DNA from: Octopus sinensis
Taxonomy: Eukaryota
Length of the DNA stretch: 64,000 nt
Assembly (NCBI RefSeq): GCF_006345805.1
Contig: NC_043015.1
Span: 45,508,001-45,572,000, forward strand
Direction of reading: 5' to 3'
Shown: positions 39,959 through 52,861 of the stretch, piece by piece
Layout of the letters: the number at the start of each line of letters is the position of its first letter
Numbering within the stretch: position 1 is the stretch's first letter
The notes under the pieces: model-generated
The model's database searches: none
What the model was told of the DNA's origin: nothing
Seen by the model: only the letters and a program-made list of their open reading frames with translations
Program-made: the position numbers and the translations under genes

Positions 39959-40802
39959 TATATATATATGTAAGAAGGGTAAAGACTCCCTTCAGTCATG
40001 AATGACCATGTGATTGCACCTAGAAAGTTCCCCTTCGAGGCACAAGTCTGGTCTGGTTATTTTATGGAAGACCAGCAGTCACCCATGCACATCAGCCCTC
40101 CAATCCAAGAGAAAGGCAAAGGCCGATACAGCTTGGCACCAGTGACATCGCAACATGAAATAAAATGTCTTGCTCAAGAACACAACACACAGCCCAGTCC
40201 AGAAATTGAACTCACTACCTCATGATTGTGAGCTCAACGCTCTAACCACTGATCCATGTGCCTTTACATATATATGTGTGTATGTGTACACACACACATA
40301 TATACATACAACAGAATTCTTTCAGTTTCAGTCTACCAAATCCACTCACAGGGCTTTGGTTGGCCTGAGGCTATAGCAGAAGATACTTGCCCAAGGTACC
40401 ACACAGTGGGACTGAACATGGAACCTTGTGGTTGAAATGTGTTCTTGTTTTCCACTGCTCATTCCCTTTGAGTCCAAATTCACTGCTAATATTATTCAAT
40501 TTTCGCCTGTCATCCTTCCAGCCAGAGTGGGATGTGGGTGAGGATGGATTTTCAATAAAACAAGGGACCAGTCAAGTACAGGAATTGATTTCATTGGAAC
40601 ATACTATCCTGCAAGGTTTGTTGTGGCTTGATACGCTAATGTTAGGAATCAATATTTCTATAAACCAGTGGGCAATCTACGTTATTCGACATGACCCGAT
40701 CCATCCTCCTAGCTTATGAGAATAAGCAACCAAATACAATATTCTTGGATGCTGTTATCGGCAACTAACTGGTATCTTTCCTGTCCAGAATATAGCTATT
40801 TA

Positions 40803-41690
40803 CAGTAATACCTAACTGTATAAGGACCTGCTTTACGAGACCCTGGGTTTACAAGTTTTTATATTTCAAGCACAAGATCCAAATTTCGAACAAAGTGCAA
40901 AAGGTTTCCACCACCATAACAAATGCTTCTGTGTGTTACCTAGAAATTTATTGAGGGCAAAGTAGATGCTTTTTCTAAGCAAACAACTCTAGACTTGTTT
41001 TTTAAAAAGAAATCTACAAGTCCGTCTACAAGTGCTTGTGAATTGGCGATTGCTTCTACAAGTGATGGTGTGTGCGAGTCTAATGCAATGGAAGTGATTC
41101 AGAAAACGGTTATGATAATATTTTTTATTATAAATGATCTTGGTTGACGACGTCATGCTCTCCATCGTCAACCAGGAGAATTCATCTACAAAGCAATTGC
41201 CCCAGCTCCCCTTCTGGGTTGGCGAAAGCGATGTGGTGGACAACAAAAAAACCTGGCTGATGACAGTCAAGGCTGATCTGGAACCCAACCTAGGCCCCCA
41301 TATCTATGGCGTTCGCTGCTGGAATAAGGAGTGGTTGGAGATCACGCGGTCATTAGCCTCAAATCGCCAGGCCTGGTCGGCGTTTGTGAGAGATGCAGCA
41401 TTGAGAATGAATGAAGCCAGCTCAACCCACCCCGGGTGAATGCTGTCTCAAGACAAGAAGAGAAGATCTTGACATTCTTTTTACTTTATACAAAATATTC
41501 TTTACATTCTACTGTTGTTTTATTGCCATTTATTTATGAGTATTATAAATTTTAAAGGTAGAATATTTTTCTGGGACCGAATTGTGACTTATAACATTGC
41601 TACTATGGGAAATTATTGCCCTGCTTTACGAGTTTTCGCTTCATGACCAGTCTCCTGGAAGAAATTAACTCATATATCAAGACATTACTG
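40803..41690 (+). mobile_element. Internally deleted pogo/Tigger-like element carrying an RTE insertion
   Basis: TA|CAGTAATACCT ... AGACATTACTG|TA termini; internal remnant DPNFEQSAKVSTTITNA..CY.EIY...QTTLDLFFKK resembles the Tigger transposase C-terminus. Confidence 0.7.
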
Positions 41691-41796
41691 TACTTATTTT
41701 TCATGTGCTTAACACTTCTGGGTCTCAAACTAATCCTGACTATTATCTCCACCTCAGATTTTTTTTTTTTTCTTCTTGTAACCTTCAAAAGATTGT

Positions 41797-42241
41797 GTCT
41801 GGGGAGAGTCATTTTTTTTTTGTGCCTTATGATTTAACACACTCACCGGTAAAATTTTCACTTATTTCTTATAGTCAAGACTATTGAAAAGGTTGCAAGA
41901 TGCAATGAAATTTTTTTTAGGAAAATAAATATTGAACAAAATGCAAAAGTTTCCACCACCATAACAAATGCTTCTGTGTGTTACCGAGAAATTTATTGAG
42001 AGCAAAATAGATGCTTTTTCTGAGCAAACAACTGTAGACTTGTTTTTTAAAAAGAAATCTACAAGTCTGTCTACGAGTGCTTGTGAATTGGCGATTGCTT
42101 CTACAAGTGAAATTTCTCTGGTGAGTGTGTGTTAAATCATAAGACACAAAAAGAAAATGACTCTCCCCAGACACACAAAAATATGTTTCAACACACGAAC
42201 TCATATAAAGAATCTTGCAACCCGAATCCAAAAACGAAATA
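41797..42241 (+). mobile_element. Composite Penelope-like insertion with 14-bp TSD
   Basis: TSD cttcaaaagattgt at 41783-41796 and 42242-42255; inverted partial repeat followed by a direct copy interrupted by a 177-bp pogo fragment. Confidence 0.7.
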
Positions 42242-42718
42242 CTTCAAAAGATTGTTTACCTGTTTTGTACTTACATGCTTTGTACTCACATAAACTTACT
42301 TTCAGTATATTGTTCGTTTTCACACCCTGTACACATTTAATGCCTTATATCACTGCAATGTAGTTTGTTTCATTCACACACACAAACACACACATCTGTG
42401 TTAGTCTCTTTAAAGCTGTCTTTACACACAGATCGTTACAATTTCTTTGTAACAGTCTCTTTCTGATTGACACATTTTGTCTCCTCGATTCCCTCCTCTG
42501 TCTTTAGTGAAAAGAAAGAAAGAAAGAAACCAAGCCAAAAGTATCTTAGAGAAACTGCACTGCCTTACCTTGATAATCTCATTAAAACGAAATCGTAAAT
42601 GAAAAATAAAATGGGATAAAAGACACGGCTGTTTCTTTGATCTCTCAGAGCTTAATCTCCATAATTCTGTACCATTTATCACAACTGAACTGATAAATGT
42701 GATTGTGTGTGTGTATGT

Positions 42719-42750
<32 letters not shown>

Positions 42751-43960
42751 ATGATGATGAGGAGGCAGAGGAGGAGGAGGAAAAAAGAGTGGGTAGAGTG
42801 GGTTATTATTTATTCATTTCTGTATGTCTTATGGTGTTTTTAGTCTATATATGTGTGATGATGAAGAAGGAAAGAGAGTGTGTGTGTGTATGTGTGTATT
42901 TATCTATTGTAGCAACAATGGTGATGGGTGTGTTCTTTCTTGCGTATACTTTTTTACCTACCAGAAGTGATTCCTACCAAAATAAAGGTTCATCGCTGAT
43001 ATGTTATCTACACACAGCAATGAACTGTGCCTCTTGATTCAACATAAACTTTTTATTTGATCACTTAATATGCTAGAAATAACAGTCGTATCTCCCTGAA
43101 ATCACACTACCCTATCATACCGGATTAAAAAAAAAAAGGATACAAGATAATTTGATCTTAGCAGCAGCAGCAGCATTTAACATCCATTTTCTATGCTGTC
43201 GGTGGGGTTGAATGGTTTCACAAGAACTGGCAAGGGCAGCGGCCACACCGGGTCCCGTAGTTTGTTTTACCTTTGTTTCTACGGAGGTATGCCCTTCCTA
43301 ACACCAACCCCTCTACAGAGTGTACTAGATGCTTTTTTACATGGCACTAGTGCTCACACCAATCCTGTTTTACAATGCACCTTGGTTTTACATACCCCTA
43401 TAATAAAGATGCAATGGTCACACTTGGAATGCCTTTGATCATATAGGTGTTTATTCAATCAGATTTTACCTGGAGCTAAACGACAACATCAACAACAATT
43501 GCACCTCTTTCCAAAGAAACGGCTGGTGCTGGTTGCTAAAGTTTTAACTCTCTTCACAACATTTCACATGAGCAGAGGCCTTTATATAGTTATTTATTAT
43601 GCTAGAAATAACTCGTACCATCTTTCAAAATGAAGGACACTTTGCATAATGTAGTCCTAGATCCAATGTCTGAATGAAAGCCAGATGATCAAGGGACTGA
43701 ACATCTTTTATCTCAGGTATATTGATCTTAAGACAGCAATTCGTTTTTTTTTGTTTTTTTTTTTGGCAGAATTAGTAGAGCAGTGGACTTTTAGGTATTT
43801 AGTTAAGTTCAAATCCTGCTGGGGCTGACTTTACTTTTCAGCCTTCAGGGCTTAATAAAACAGGTGCCAATCAGGTGGTTAGGTCTCCATTGTTCTCAAC
43901 AACGAGTATTCATGAGTCATTTGACCAACTGGATTCCTACTCATGGAATTAATATAAAAG

Positions 43961-44385
43961 GGCAGCGAGCTGGCAGAATCATTAGCAGGCCAGGCGAAAC
44001 GCTTAGCAGTATTTCGTCTGCAGCTACGTTCTGAGTTCAAATTCTGCCATGGTTGACTTTGCCTCTCATCCTTTCAGGGTCGATTAAATAAGTACCAGTT
44101 ACGCACTGGGGGTCGTTATAATCGACTTAATCTGTTTGTCTGTCTTTGTTTGTCCTCTCTGTGTTTAGCCCCATGTGGGTAGTAAAGAAATAGGTATTTC
44201 GTCTGCCAGTATTTCATTCCGAGTTCAAATTCTGCCGAGGGAGGTCGACTTTGCCTTTCATCCTTTCGGGGTTGATTAAATAAGTATCAGTTACACACTG
44301 GGGTCAATCTAATCGACTTAACCCCTTTGTCTGTCCTTGTTTGTCCTCTCTATGTTTAGCCCCTTGTGGGCAATAAAGAAATAAA
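43961..44385 (+). mobile_element. tRNA-derived SINE family B, duplicated-body form
   Basis: ggcagcgagctggcagaa head and gaggtcgactttgcctttcatcc core twice. Same form at 47636-48055. Monomer fragments at ~2200-2460, 29690-29870(-), 35250-35380(-), 35806-36110(-), 63390-63455. Confidence 0.85.
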
Positions 44386-44642
44386 TATATAAGTGGTTGA
44401 GTATTCCTTAGACGTGTGTACTTTTTAATATAGTTTTCCGATTGAACCAGCTTGATGCAATGTGACAACAGTTGGACCTTTGAATTACTGGTACAATCCA
44501 AAGAAAGAAAGAAAGCAAGAACAATCAACCCCACCACTGGACTGGTACTTTGTTTTTGAACCTTAAATACAAAGCACCAAAACAAATGAGACATTCCCTC
44601 TGACACTGTAACAATTCTAATCCGACAACATCCTTCCCTTAA

Positions 44643-44858
44643 CACTTTAGTGTTTAAACCGGCCATATCTGGCCCAAATATTCTGTTTTATATTCAAACA
44701 GGCGATATCTGGCCTCTCACACCTAACCTACAATGACATTCTAAAAATAAACAATCACATCACTGAAACCTCAAAGCTATAAGATAATGCAGGATTAATT
44801 AAAAACAATTTGAGTGAAAAAGTATTACATTTAACAGAGTAATCTGAACACTAAAGGG
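44643..44858. mobile_element. piggyBac-type MITE
   Basis: TTAA|C(A)CTTTAGTGTT ... AACACTAAAGGG|TTAA; ends ~155 bp upstream of the CWC15 acceptor. Confidence 0.88.
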
Positions 44859-45029
44859 TTAAATTGCTACTTTGTGCTGATGTGAAAAACCAGTTTTGTT
44901 TTGTTATTTTTACAAATTTTTTTTTACTAATTAATGTGAGAATGTTTTAGGGTCCCCCCGCGCCAATATTATTTTTGTTGTTTTAATTTCTGTCTTTTTC
45001 TTCTATATTTTCAGTGAAACGTAAAAAGA

Positions 45030-45160
45030 ATGACAACTGCTGCCCGGCCAACATTTGAACCGGCTCGAGGTGGCCGTGGGAAAGGGGACAACGACCTTAG
45101 TTCTTTGTCCAAGCAATATTCCAGCCGAGATCTACCATCCCACAACAAGTTAAAATACAG
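45030..45160 (+). CDS. CWC15: CWC15 spliceosome-associated protein, first coding exon
   Basis: [44 protein letters not shown], the conserved CWC15 N-terminus. Polypyrimidine tract plus CAG acceptor at 45013-45014, 15 nt before the ATG; phase-2 donor GT at 45161. Confidence 0.98.
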
Positions 45161-48100
45161 GTTGGTTCAACCAGAAAACTTCTATTTCATTTTCATCATC
45201 ATCATCATCATCCTTTAACATCCGTTTTCCATGCTGGCATGAGTTAGACGATTTAACCAGAGCTGGAAAGCAGGAGAGCTACACCAGGTTCCAATCTGAT
45301 TTGGCTTGGTTTCTACCAGCATGAGCGCTTTTACATGGCACATCTTGAGTGCTTTTTAAGTGGCACCTGCACAAGGCTCTTGTAGGAGGAGTAGCATTAA
45401 CTCTTTTGCCGTGTCAGACAGGTCTTCTTGAGTACACAGCAAAGTGCCAGATATCTTGGTCCTTTGTCATTTCCATAAGGTTTAGTTTCCTGAGGTCGTC
45501 CTTCAGTACTTCGCCCCTAGAGTTCCGTCCACTTTGAGTGATCGGTTCTTCTTTATGGAGATGTTGACATCCATCTGTTGGTTTCATGTTCTTCTATAGA
45601 CATGGCTGTGAAGTTAAGAAGCTCACTTCACAACCATATGGTTTTAAATTCAATCCCACTTCACAGCATCTGAGGCTGACCAATGCCTTGCAAGTTAGAT
45701 GGAAACTGTGTGGAAGCCTATCATATTTATGTGTGTGTGTCTCTATGGTCTGTGTTTGTTACCACCACCACTGCAGCTTGCAGTTCAGCAAAAGAAACTC
45801 TTTAACTTGTTTCAGTCATTTGACTGTGGCCATGCTGGAGCACCGCCTTTAATCGAGCAAATCGACCCCAAGACTTATTCTTTGTAAGCCTAGTACTTAT
45901 TCTATCGGTCTCTTTTTGCCGAACCGCTAAGTTATGGGGACGTAAACAAACCAGCATCGGTTGTCAAGCGACGTTGGGGGGGACAAACACAGACACAGAA
46001 ACATATACACACACATACATATATACGACAGGCTTCTTTCAGTTTCCATCCCCAAATCCACTCACAAGGCTTTGGTCGGCCCGAGGCTATAGTAGAAGAC
46101 ACTTGCCCAAGGTGCCACGCAGTGGGATTGAACCTAGAACTATGTAGTTGGTAAGCAAGCTACTTACCACACAGCCACTCCTGCGCCTGATAGAATAAGT
46201 AACAGACTTTAAAAAAAAAGTACGAGGGTTGGTCTGTTCAACCCAAACCCTTCGAGGCAGTGCTCCAGCATGGCTGCAGTCCAAATGACTAAAACAAGAT
46301 GACGATGATGATGATGAATTCTACGTGAAATCATTGTCTTCACCAGGTGCCTATATGGCTGTGTGTTAAAAAGTTTGCTTCCCAAACATATGGCCTCAGG
46401 CCAACCAAAGCCTTGTGAGTGGATTTGGTGGACAGAAAATGGAAGAAGCCCACCATATATATATATATATATATAGCATCAACTGACCGTGGCCGATGCC
46501 AGACCCCTCTGGCACCTGTGCAGGTGGCACATAAAAAGCACCCACTGCACTCGCGGAGTGGTTGGCGTTAGGAAGGGCATCCAGCTGTAGAAACACTGCC
46601 AGACCAGACTGGAGCCTGGGGCAGCCCCTGGCTCCCCAGACCCCGGTCGAAACCGTCCAACCCGTGCTAGCGTGGAAAACGGACGTTAAACGATGATGAT
46701 GATGATGATATATATACCATAATCATCATCATCATCATTTAGTGTCCGCTTTCCATGCTAGCATGGGTTGAACGGTTCAACTGGGGTCTGTGAAGCCGGA
46801 AGGCCACATCAGGCCCAGTCTGATCTGGCAGTGTTTCTACGGCTGGATGCCCTTCCTAACGCCAACCACTCCGTGAGTGTAGTGGGTGCTTTTTACGTGC
46901 CACCTGCACATATATATATATAGGTATATATCTACGTGTGTGTCTGTTTGTTCCCTACCACCACTCAACAACTAGGGTCGGTGTGTTTATGTCCCTGTAA
47001 CTTAGCAGTTTGGCAAAAGATATCAATAGAATAAGTACTAAGTACCAGGCTTGAAAAATAAAAAATTAGTACTGGGGTCGATTTGATTGACTAAAAATCC
47101 TTCGAGGTGGTACCCCAGCATGGCCACAGTCTAATGACTGAAACAAGTAAAAGATCAGGTTACGTGGTCACATTTCATTAACATAATCTTTCTCATTAAA
47201 TTCTAATGTCATGTGTTAGTATGTCGTGCGTTTGCTGTCTGAAAACAGGTGTGGTTTATGTTAATGTGCCTTTATGGCCTTTATGAAAGTCAGTTTGAAA
47301 ATTTTGTGGACATTGAATCAATATTTCAAAAACGGTGCTAATGTTTTTATTATACAAAGAAATTAGCAGCAGTTCAACACAGTTATAGTAAAATAAAATA
47401 AAAATGCGTTATAATATCACATTACGCGCAAACACACACAAATAGTCAACTCTATTAATGTACACTTGAAATGATTTTGTAAAACATTTTACAACAGAAT
47501 CCCGGTATTTTTTTTTAAGTACTTCAGCTGGTTGTTTTTTGGGGTTTTTTTTAATAAAAAATGTATTTTATAAAATGTGGCACTATAACATTTTAAAAAG
47601 AAATCATTTCACTATTTTGTAATAATAATAAAAATGCGGCGAGCTGGCAGAAACATTAGCACGCCGGGCGAAATGCTTAGCGGTATTTCGTCTGTCACTA
47701 TGTTCTGATTTCAAATTCCATCGAGGTCGACTTTGCCTTTCATCCTTTCAGGCTCGACTAAATAAGTACCAGTTACACACTGGGGTTGATATAATCGACT
47801 TAATCCGTTTGTCTGTCCTCGTTTGTCCCCTCTATGTTTAGCCCCTTGTAGGTAGTAAAGAAATAGGTATTTCATCTGCCAGTATTTCATTCTGAGTTCA
47901 AATTCCGCCGAGGTCGACTTTGCCTTTCATCCTTTCGGGGGTCGATTAAATAAGTACCAGTTACGCACTGGGGTCGATATAATCGACTTAATCCGTTTGT
48001 CTGTCCTTGTTTGTCCTCTCTGTGTTTAGCCCCTTGTGGGTAGTAAAGAAATAAATATTTGTAATAATTTGATTAATTATTGATACAAACGACTGTTACT

Positions 48101-49678
48101 TTGATTCTTTTTGTTTCTCCTGTCAACTGTTTTTGTTCAGTTATCCACATATTGACTGAACAAACCACTGATCAAAGGAGTTCTGGCCATGACCATCACT
48201 CCCTCTCTCTTTCTTTTAGGCTGTGTCTGGCTGAGTGGTTAAGAATTTTGCTTCCCAACCATATGGTTTCAGGTTCAGTCTTACTGCACCTCGGGCAAAT
48301 GTCTTCTACTATAGCCATGAGCTGGATGAAGCTTAGTGAGTGGATTCATAGATGGAAACTGAAAGAAGCCCATCATGTGTGTATGTGTGTGTGTGTGCCA
48401 TTGTCTTGACATGTCATAGTTGTAAACGAGTTTCACCATCTCTTTTACTTGTTTCAGTCATTTGACTGTGGCCATGCTGGAGCACCACCTTTTTAGTCGA
48501 GCAAATTGACCCCAGGACTTATTCTTTGTAAGCCCAGTACTTATTCTATCAGTCTCTTTTGTCAAACCGCTTAGTTACGGGGACATAAACACACCAGCAT
48601 CGGTTGTCAAGCGATGTTGTGGGGACAAACACACAAACATACAGATACACACATACATATATATATGCATATATACGACGGGCTTCTTTTAGTTTCCGTC
48701 TACCAAATACACCCACAAGGCTTTGGTTGGTCCGAGGCTATAGTAGAAGACTTGCCCAAGATGCTACGCAGTGGGACTGAACCCGGAACCATGTGGTTGG
48801 TAAGCAAGCTACTTACCACACAGCCACTCCTACGCCTTATCATACAAACAATGTTATTCGTTTCCAAACTTCCATTAAACAAAAATGTGTCTAGCTATGA
48901 AGAAATATTACCTTGCTTGAAAACAAGTGAGGATTGGTGGCAAGACGTGCATCTGCATATTGTAAATCTGCCTCGACAGATGCCCCACGTAAGCATGGAA
49001 AAGTGCACATGAAATGGTAATGAAAGTATATACTGTTACTCTTTACTCTTTTTACTCTTTTATTTGTTTCAGTCATTTGACTGCGGCCTTGCTGGAGCAC
49101 CGCCTTTAATCAAGCAACTCGACCCCGGGACTTCTTCTTTTGTAAGCCCAGTACTTATTCTATCGGTCTCTTTTGCCGAACTGCTAAGTAACGGGGACAT
49201 AAACACACCAGCATCGGTTGTCAAGCAATGCTAGGGGGACAAACACAGACACACAAACACACACACACGCATATATATATATATACATACATATATACAA
49301 CGGGCTTTTAGTTTCCGTCTACCAAATCCACTCACAAGGCTTTGGTCGGCCCGAGGCTATAGTAGAAGACACTTGCCCAAGGTGCCACGCAGTGGGACTG
49401 AACCCGGAACCATGTGGTTGGTAAGCAAGCTACTTACAACACAGCCACTCCTGCGCCTGTATGTATGGGATTTCCACAGTTTCCGAAGAAGGCTGTACAC
49501 AGAATGAATTCCAGTTATCCTTTTCTTGTTTTGTGTTTGAATTAATCAGTGTTTCATTGTATTCACTTTGTGTACTTGACACGATGACACCAGAGCTAAG
49601 TGCCACTGATTATCAGACAGCCTTATCTGGGCTTTGCAGTTTAGATAAACTTTTTTTGTGATGTTTTCTATCTTTCAG

Positions 49679-49782
49679 ACAAGACGGTCAAGGATCTATT
49701 GAGGAGCTGAGAAACCGTGACTTCCGTAAAGACTTGGAAGACCGTGAACGTGCAGCCAGAGAGAAAAAAGACAGAGGCAGAG
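49679..49782 (+). CDS. CWC15: CWC15 coding exon 2
   Basis: tctttcag|A acceptor; (R)QDGQGSIEELRNRDFRKDLEDRERAAREKKDRGR; donor G|GTACCG. 104 nt, phases 2 to 1, consistent with neighbouring exons. Confidence 0.96.
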
Positions 49783-50826
49783 GTACCGATGTTCTTTCAT
49801 GTTGTTGTTGTTGTTGATAAGCAGACTTCTTAACCACATAGCTATATCTTTATATGCATGTGTATATGTATGTGTATGTATGTGTATATATATATGTGTG
49901 TGTGTGTGTGTGTATGTATAATATATGTATACATGTGTGTGTGTGTGTATGTATGTGTGTATAGCATCATCATCATCATCGTTTAACGTCCGTTTTCCGC
50001 GCTAGCACGGGTTGGACGGTTCGACCGGGGTCTGGGGAGCCAGGGGCTGCACCAAGCTCCAGTCTGATCTGGCAGTGTTTCTACAGCTGGATGCCCTTCC
50101 TAACGCCAACCACTCCGTGAGTGTAGTGGGTGCTTTTTACGTGCCACCTGCACAGGTGCCAGAGGGGTCTGGCATCGGCCACGATCGGTTGGTGCTTTTT
50201 ATGTGCCACCGGCACAGAAGCCAGTCAAGGCGGTGCTGGCATCGGCCACGTTCGGATGGCAGCACTGCCTCGACTGGCTTCTGTGCCGGTGGCACATAAA
50301 AAGCACCAACCGATCGTGGCTGATGCCAGACCCCTTTGGCACCTGTGCAGGTGGCACGTAAAAAGTACCCACTACACTCGCGGGGTGGTTGGCATTAGGA
50401 ATATATATATACACACACTCTTTTACTTGTTTCAGTCATTTGACTGCGGCCATGCTGAAGCACCGCCTTTAGTCAAGCAAATTGACCCAAAGACTTATTC
50501 TTTGCAAGCCTAGTACTTATTCTATCGTTCTCTTTTGCCGAACCGCTAAGGTACGGGTACGGGGACGCAAACACACTAGCATCGGTTGTCATGTGATGTT
50601 GGGGGACAAACACACACACATATACATATATATACATATATACAACAGGCTTCTTTCAGTTTCCATCTACCAAATCCACTCACACAGCTTTGGTCGGCCC
50701 ATAGCTATAGTAGAAGACACTTGCCCAAGGGGCCACGCAGTGGGACTGAACCGGGAACCATGTGGTTGGTAAGTGAGCTACTTACCACACAACCGCTCGT
50801 GCGCCTAATATATGTATACATATGGA

Positions 50827-50866
<40 letters not shown>

Positions 50867-51529
50867 AGACATGGCTGTGTGATACAAATCCACTCACAAG
50901 TCTTTGATCAACCTGGGGCTATAGTAGATGAAACTTGGCCAAGACGTCACTCAGTGAGACTGAACCTGAAACTGTGTGACTGAGAAGCAAGCTTCTTACC
51001 ACACAGCCACATCAGTACTTACAGCCATTGGTTGGCCCTTGACTAAACAGAAGACACATGCCCAAGGTGCCATGTTGTGGGACTGAACCTGGAACCTCGT
51101 GGTTGGAAAGCAAACCTCTTAGCAAGTCTTTACTGTACACACTTGGTACAAATATGTGTGTGTGTACATATGTGTAGAAAGAAAGAGAGAGGAAAGATCT
51201 AAGTGTATTACAGTCTCATTCCTCATATTAGTGGTGGTGGTGGTGATGGTAGTGGTTGTGGTAGTGGTGGTGACGGTGGTTGTGGTGGTGGTGGTAGTGG
51301 TGGTGACGGTGGTTGTGGTGGTGGTGGTAGTCGTGGTGGTGGTGGTGGTAGTGGTTGTGGTGGTGGTAGTGGTGGCGGTGGCAGCAACGGTAACAGTGAT
51401 GGTGGTGGTGGTGGTTTCTCATAGTCGTCGTAGTCATGGTCGAGTACTCATTTATCAATATCCTGGCGTTTTCCAAGTGCATCAAAGTCTTTCTTTGCCG
51501 CCACTTCATCAATCAACTGTCTCTGATTG

Positions 51530-51576
<47 letters not shown>

Positions 51577-52123
51577 TCTTCACTGCTGCCCATTGGAGTG
51601 ATTCACAAAAACTATAAATCAACAAACATACAATAAAACCCATCCACACAGACACACACACACACTCACACACACACACACATGTGCCAAGGTCTCATCT
51701 ACTTTCATTGGCACAAGCCAAAGCTATTAGCATTTTCACTGTAAGAAGAATTACTTTTAGCCATCTCTCAAAGGAGACGTCATACATAAGTCATAGTGTT
51801 CACAAAGCAAAATGTTTGAATATATTTTGCAACCCCGAACACCTTCTTTCCCTCCTCCCTACCTCCCACACATATGCACTCTTTCTTTCTTTATATGTGT
51901 GTGTGTGTGTGTGTTTGTAAGTGTCTTTGTCTTTGTGGTGTTGGTGTGTGTGTGTCTGTGTGTGTGTTTTGCTTGTTACTAAGTAAAAGCAAGCATAGTT
52001 CAGGCTGAATTATTTTAAGATAAAATGTCTTCCAATTATGTTAAATGTAACCAGTATGATTGTGTATATCATGTGTGTGTGTATCTATGTTTGTATATGT
52101 ATATATGTGTGTGTATATATATA

Positions 52124-52824
52124 TATATAAAATATTAGAAAAAAACCCACCTTTTATCAATTAGTGGCTGTGTGGTAAGTAGCTTGCTAACCAACCACAT
52201 GGTTCCGGGTTCAGTCCCACTGCATGGCATCTTGGGCAAGTGTCTTCTGCTATAGCCCCGGGCCAACCAATGCCTTGTGAGTGGATTTGGTAGACGGAAA
52301 CTGAAAGAAGCCTGTCATATATATGTATATATATTTGTGTGTTTGTGTGTCTGTGTTTGTCCCCCTAGCATTGCTTGACAACCGATGCTGGTGTGTTTAC
52401 ATCCCCGTCACTTAGCGGTTCGGCAAAAATGAGATCGATAGAATAAGTACTGGGCTTACAAAGAATAAGTCCCGGGGTCGATTTCCTCGACTAAAAGGCG
52501 GTGCTCCAGCATGGCCGCAGTCAAATAAAAAGTAAAGATTAAGTAAATTACAAAAATAATAAAAATGTATATAATAGGTAGAAAAACTTTTTTTATTATT
52601 TTTGTAATTTACTTAATCTTTACTTTTTATTGTTATTTTAATTTTTTAATTATTGTAATTTTCTAGATGGTGTAATTTAATTATTCATTTTGAATTGATA
52701 AAAGGTGGGTTTTTTTCTAATATTTTATATGTATTTATTATATTGTGTGGAATTTGATTTAGTTTTTCTAAATTGAATTCTTTTTCCTTGTAAGTTTGGA
52801 TTTTATTCCCTCAAATAATAATTA

Positions 52825-52830
<6 letters not shown>
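52124..52830. repeat. AT-rich element present in inverted arrangement, one arm interrupted by a SINE
   Basis: 52124-52162 is complementary to ~52694-52732, and 52524-52565 is perfectly complementary to 52590-52631. Confidence 0.85.

Positions 52831-52861
<31 letters not shown>

Noticed and set aside
44304-44666. 120-aa minus-strand ORF upstream of CWC15
   Set aside because: Starts in a piggyBac MITE and ends in a SINE; no recognisable homology.
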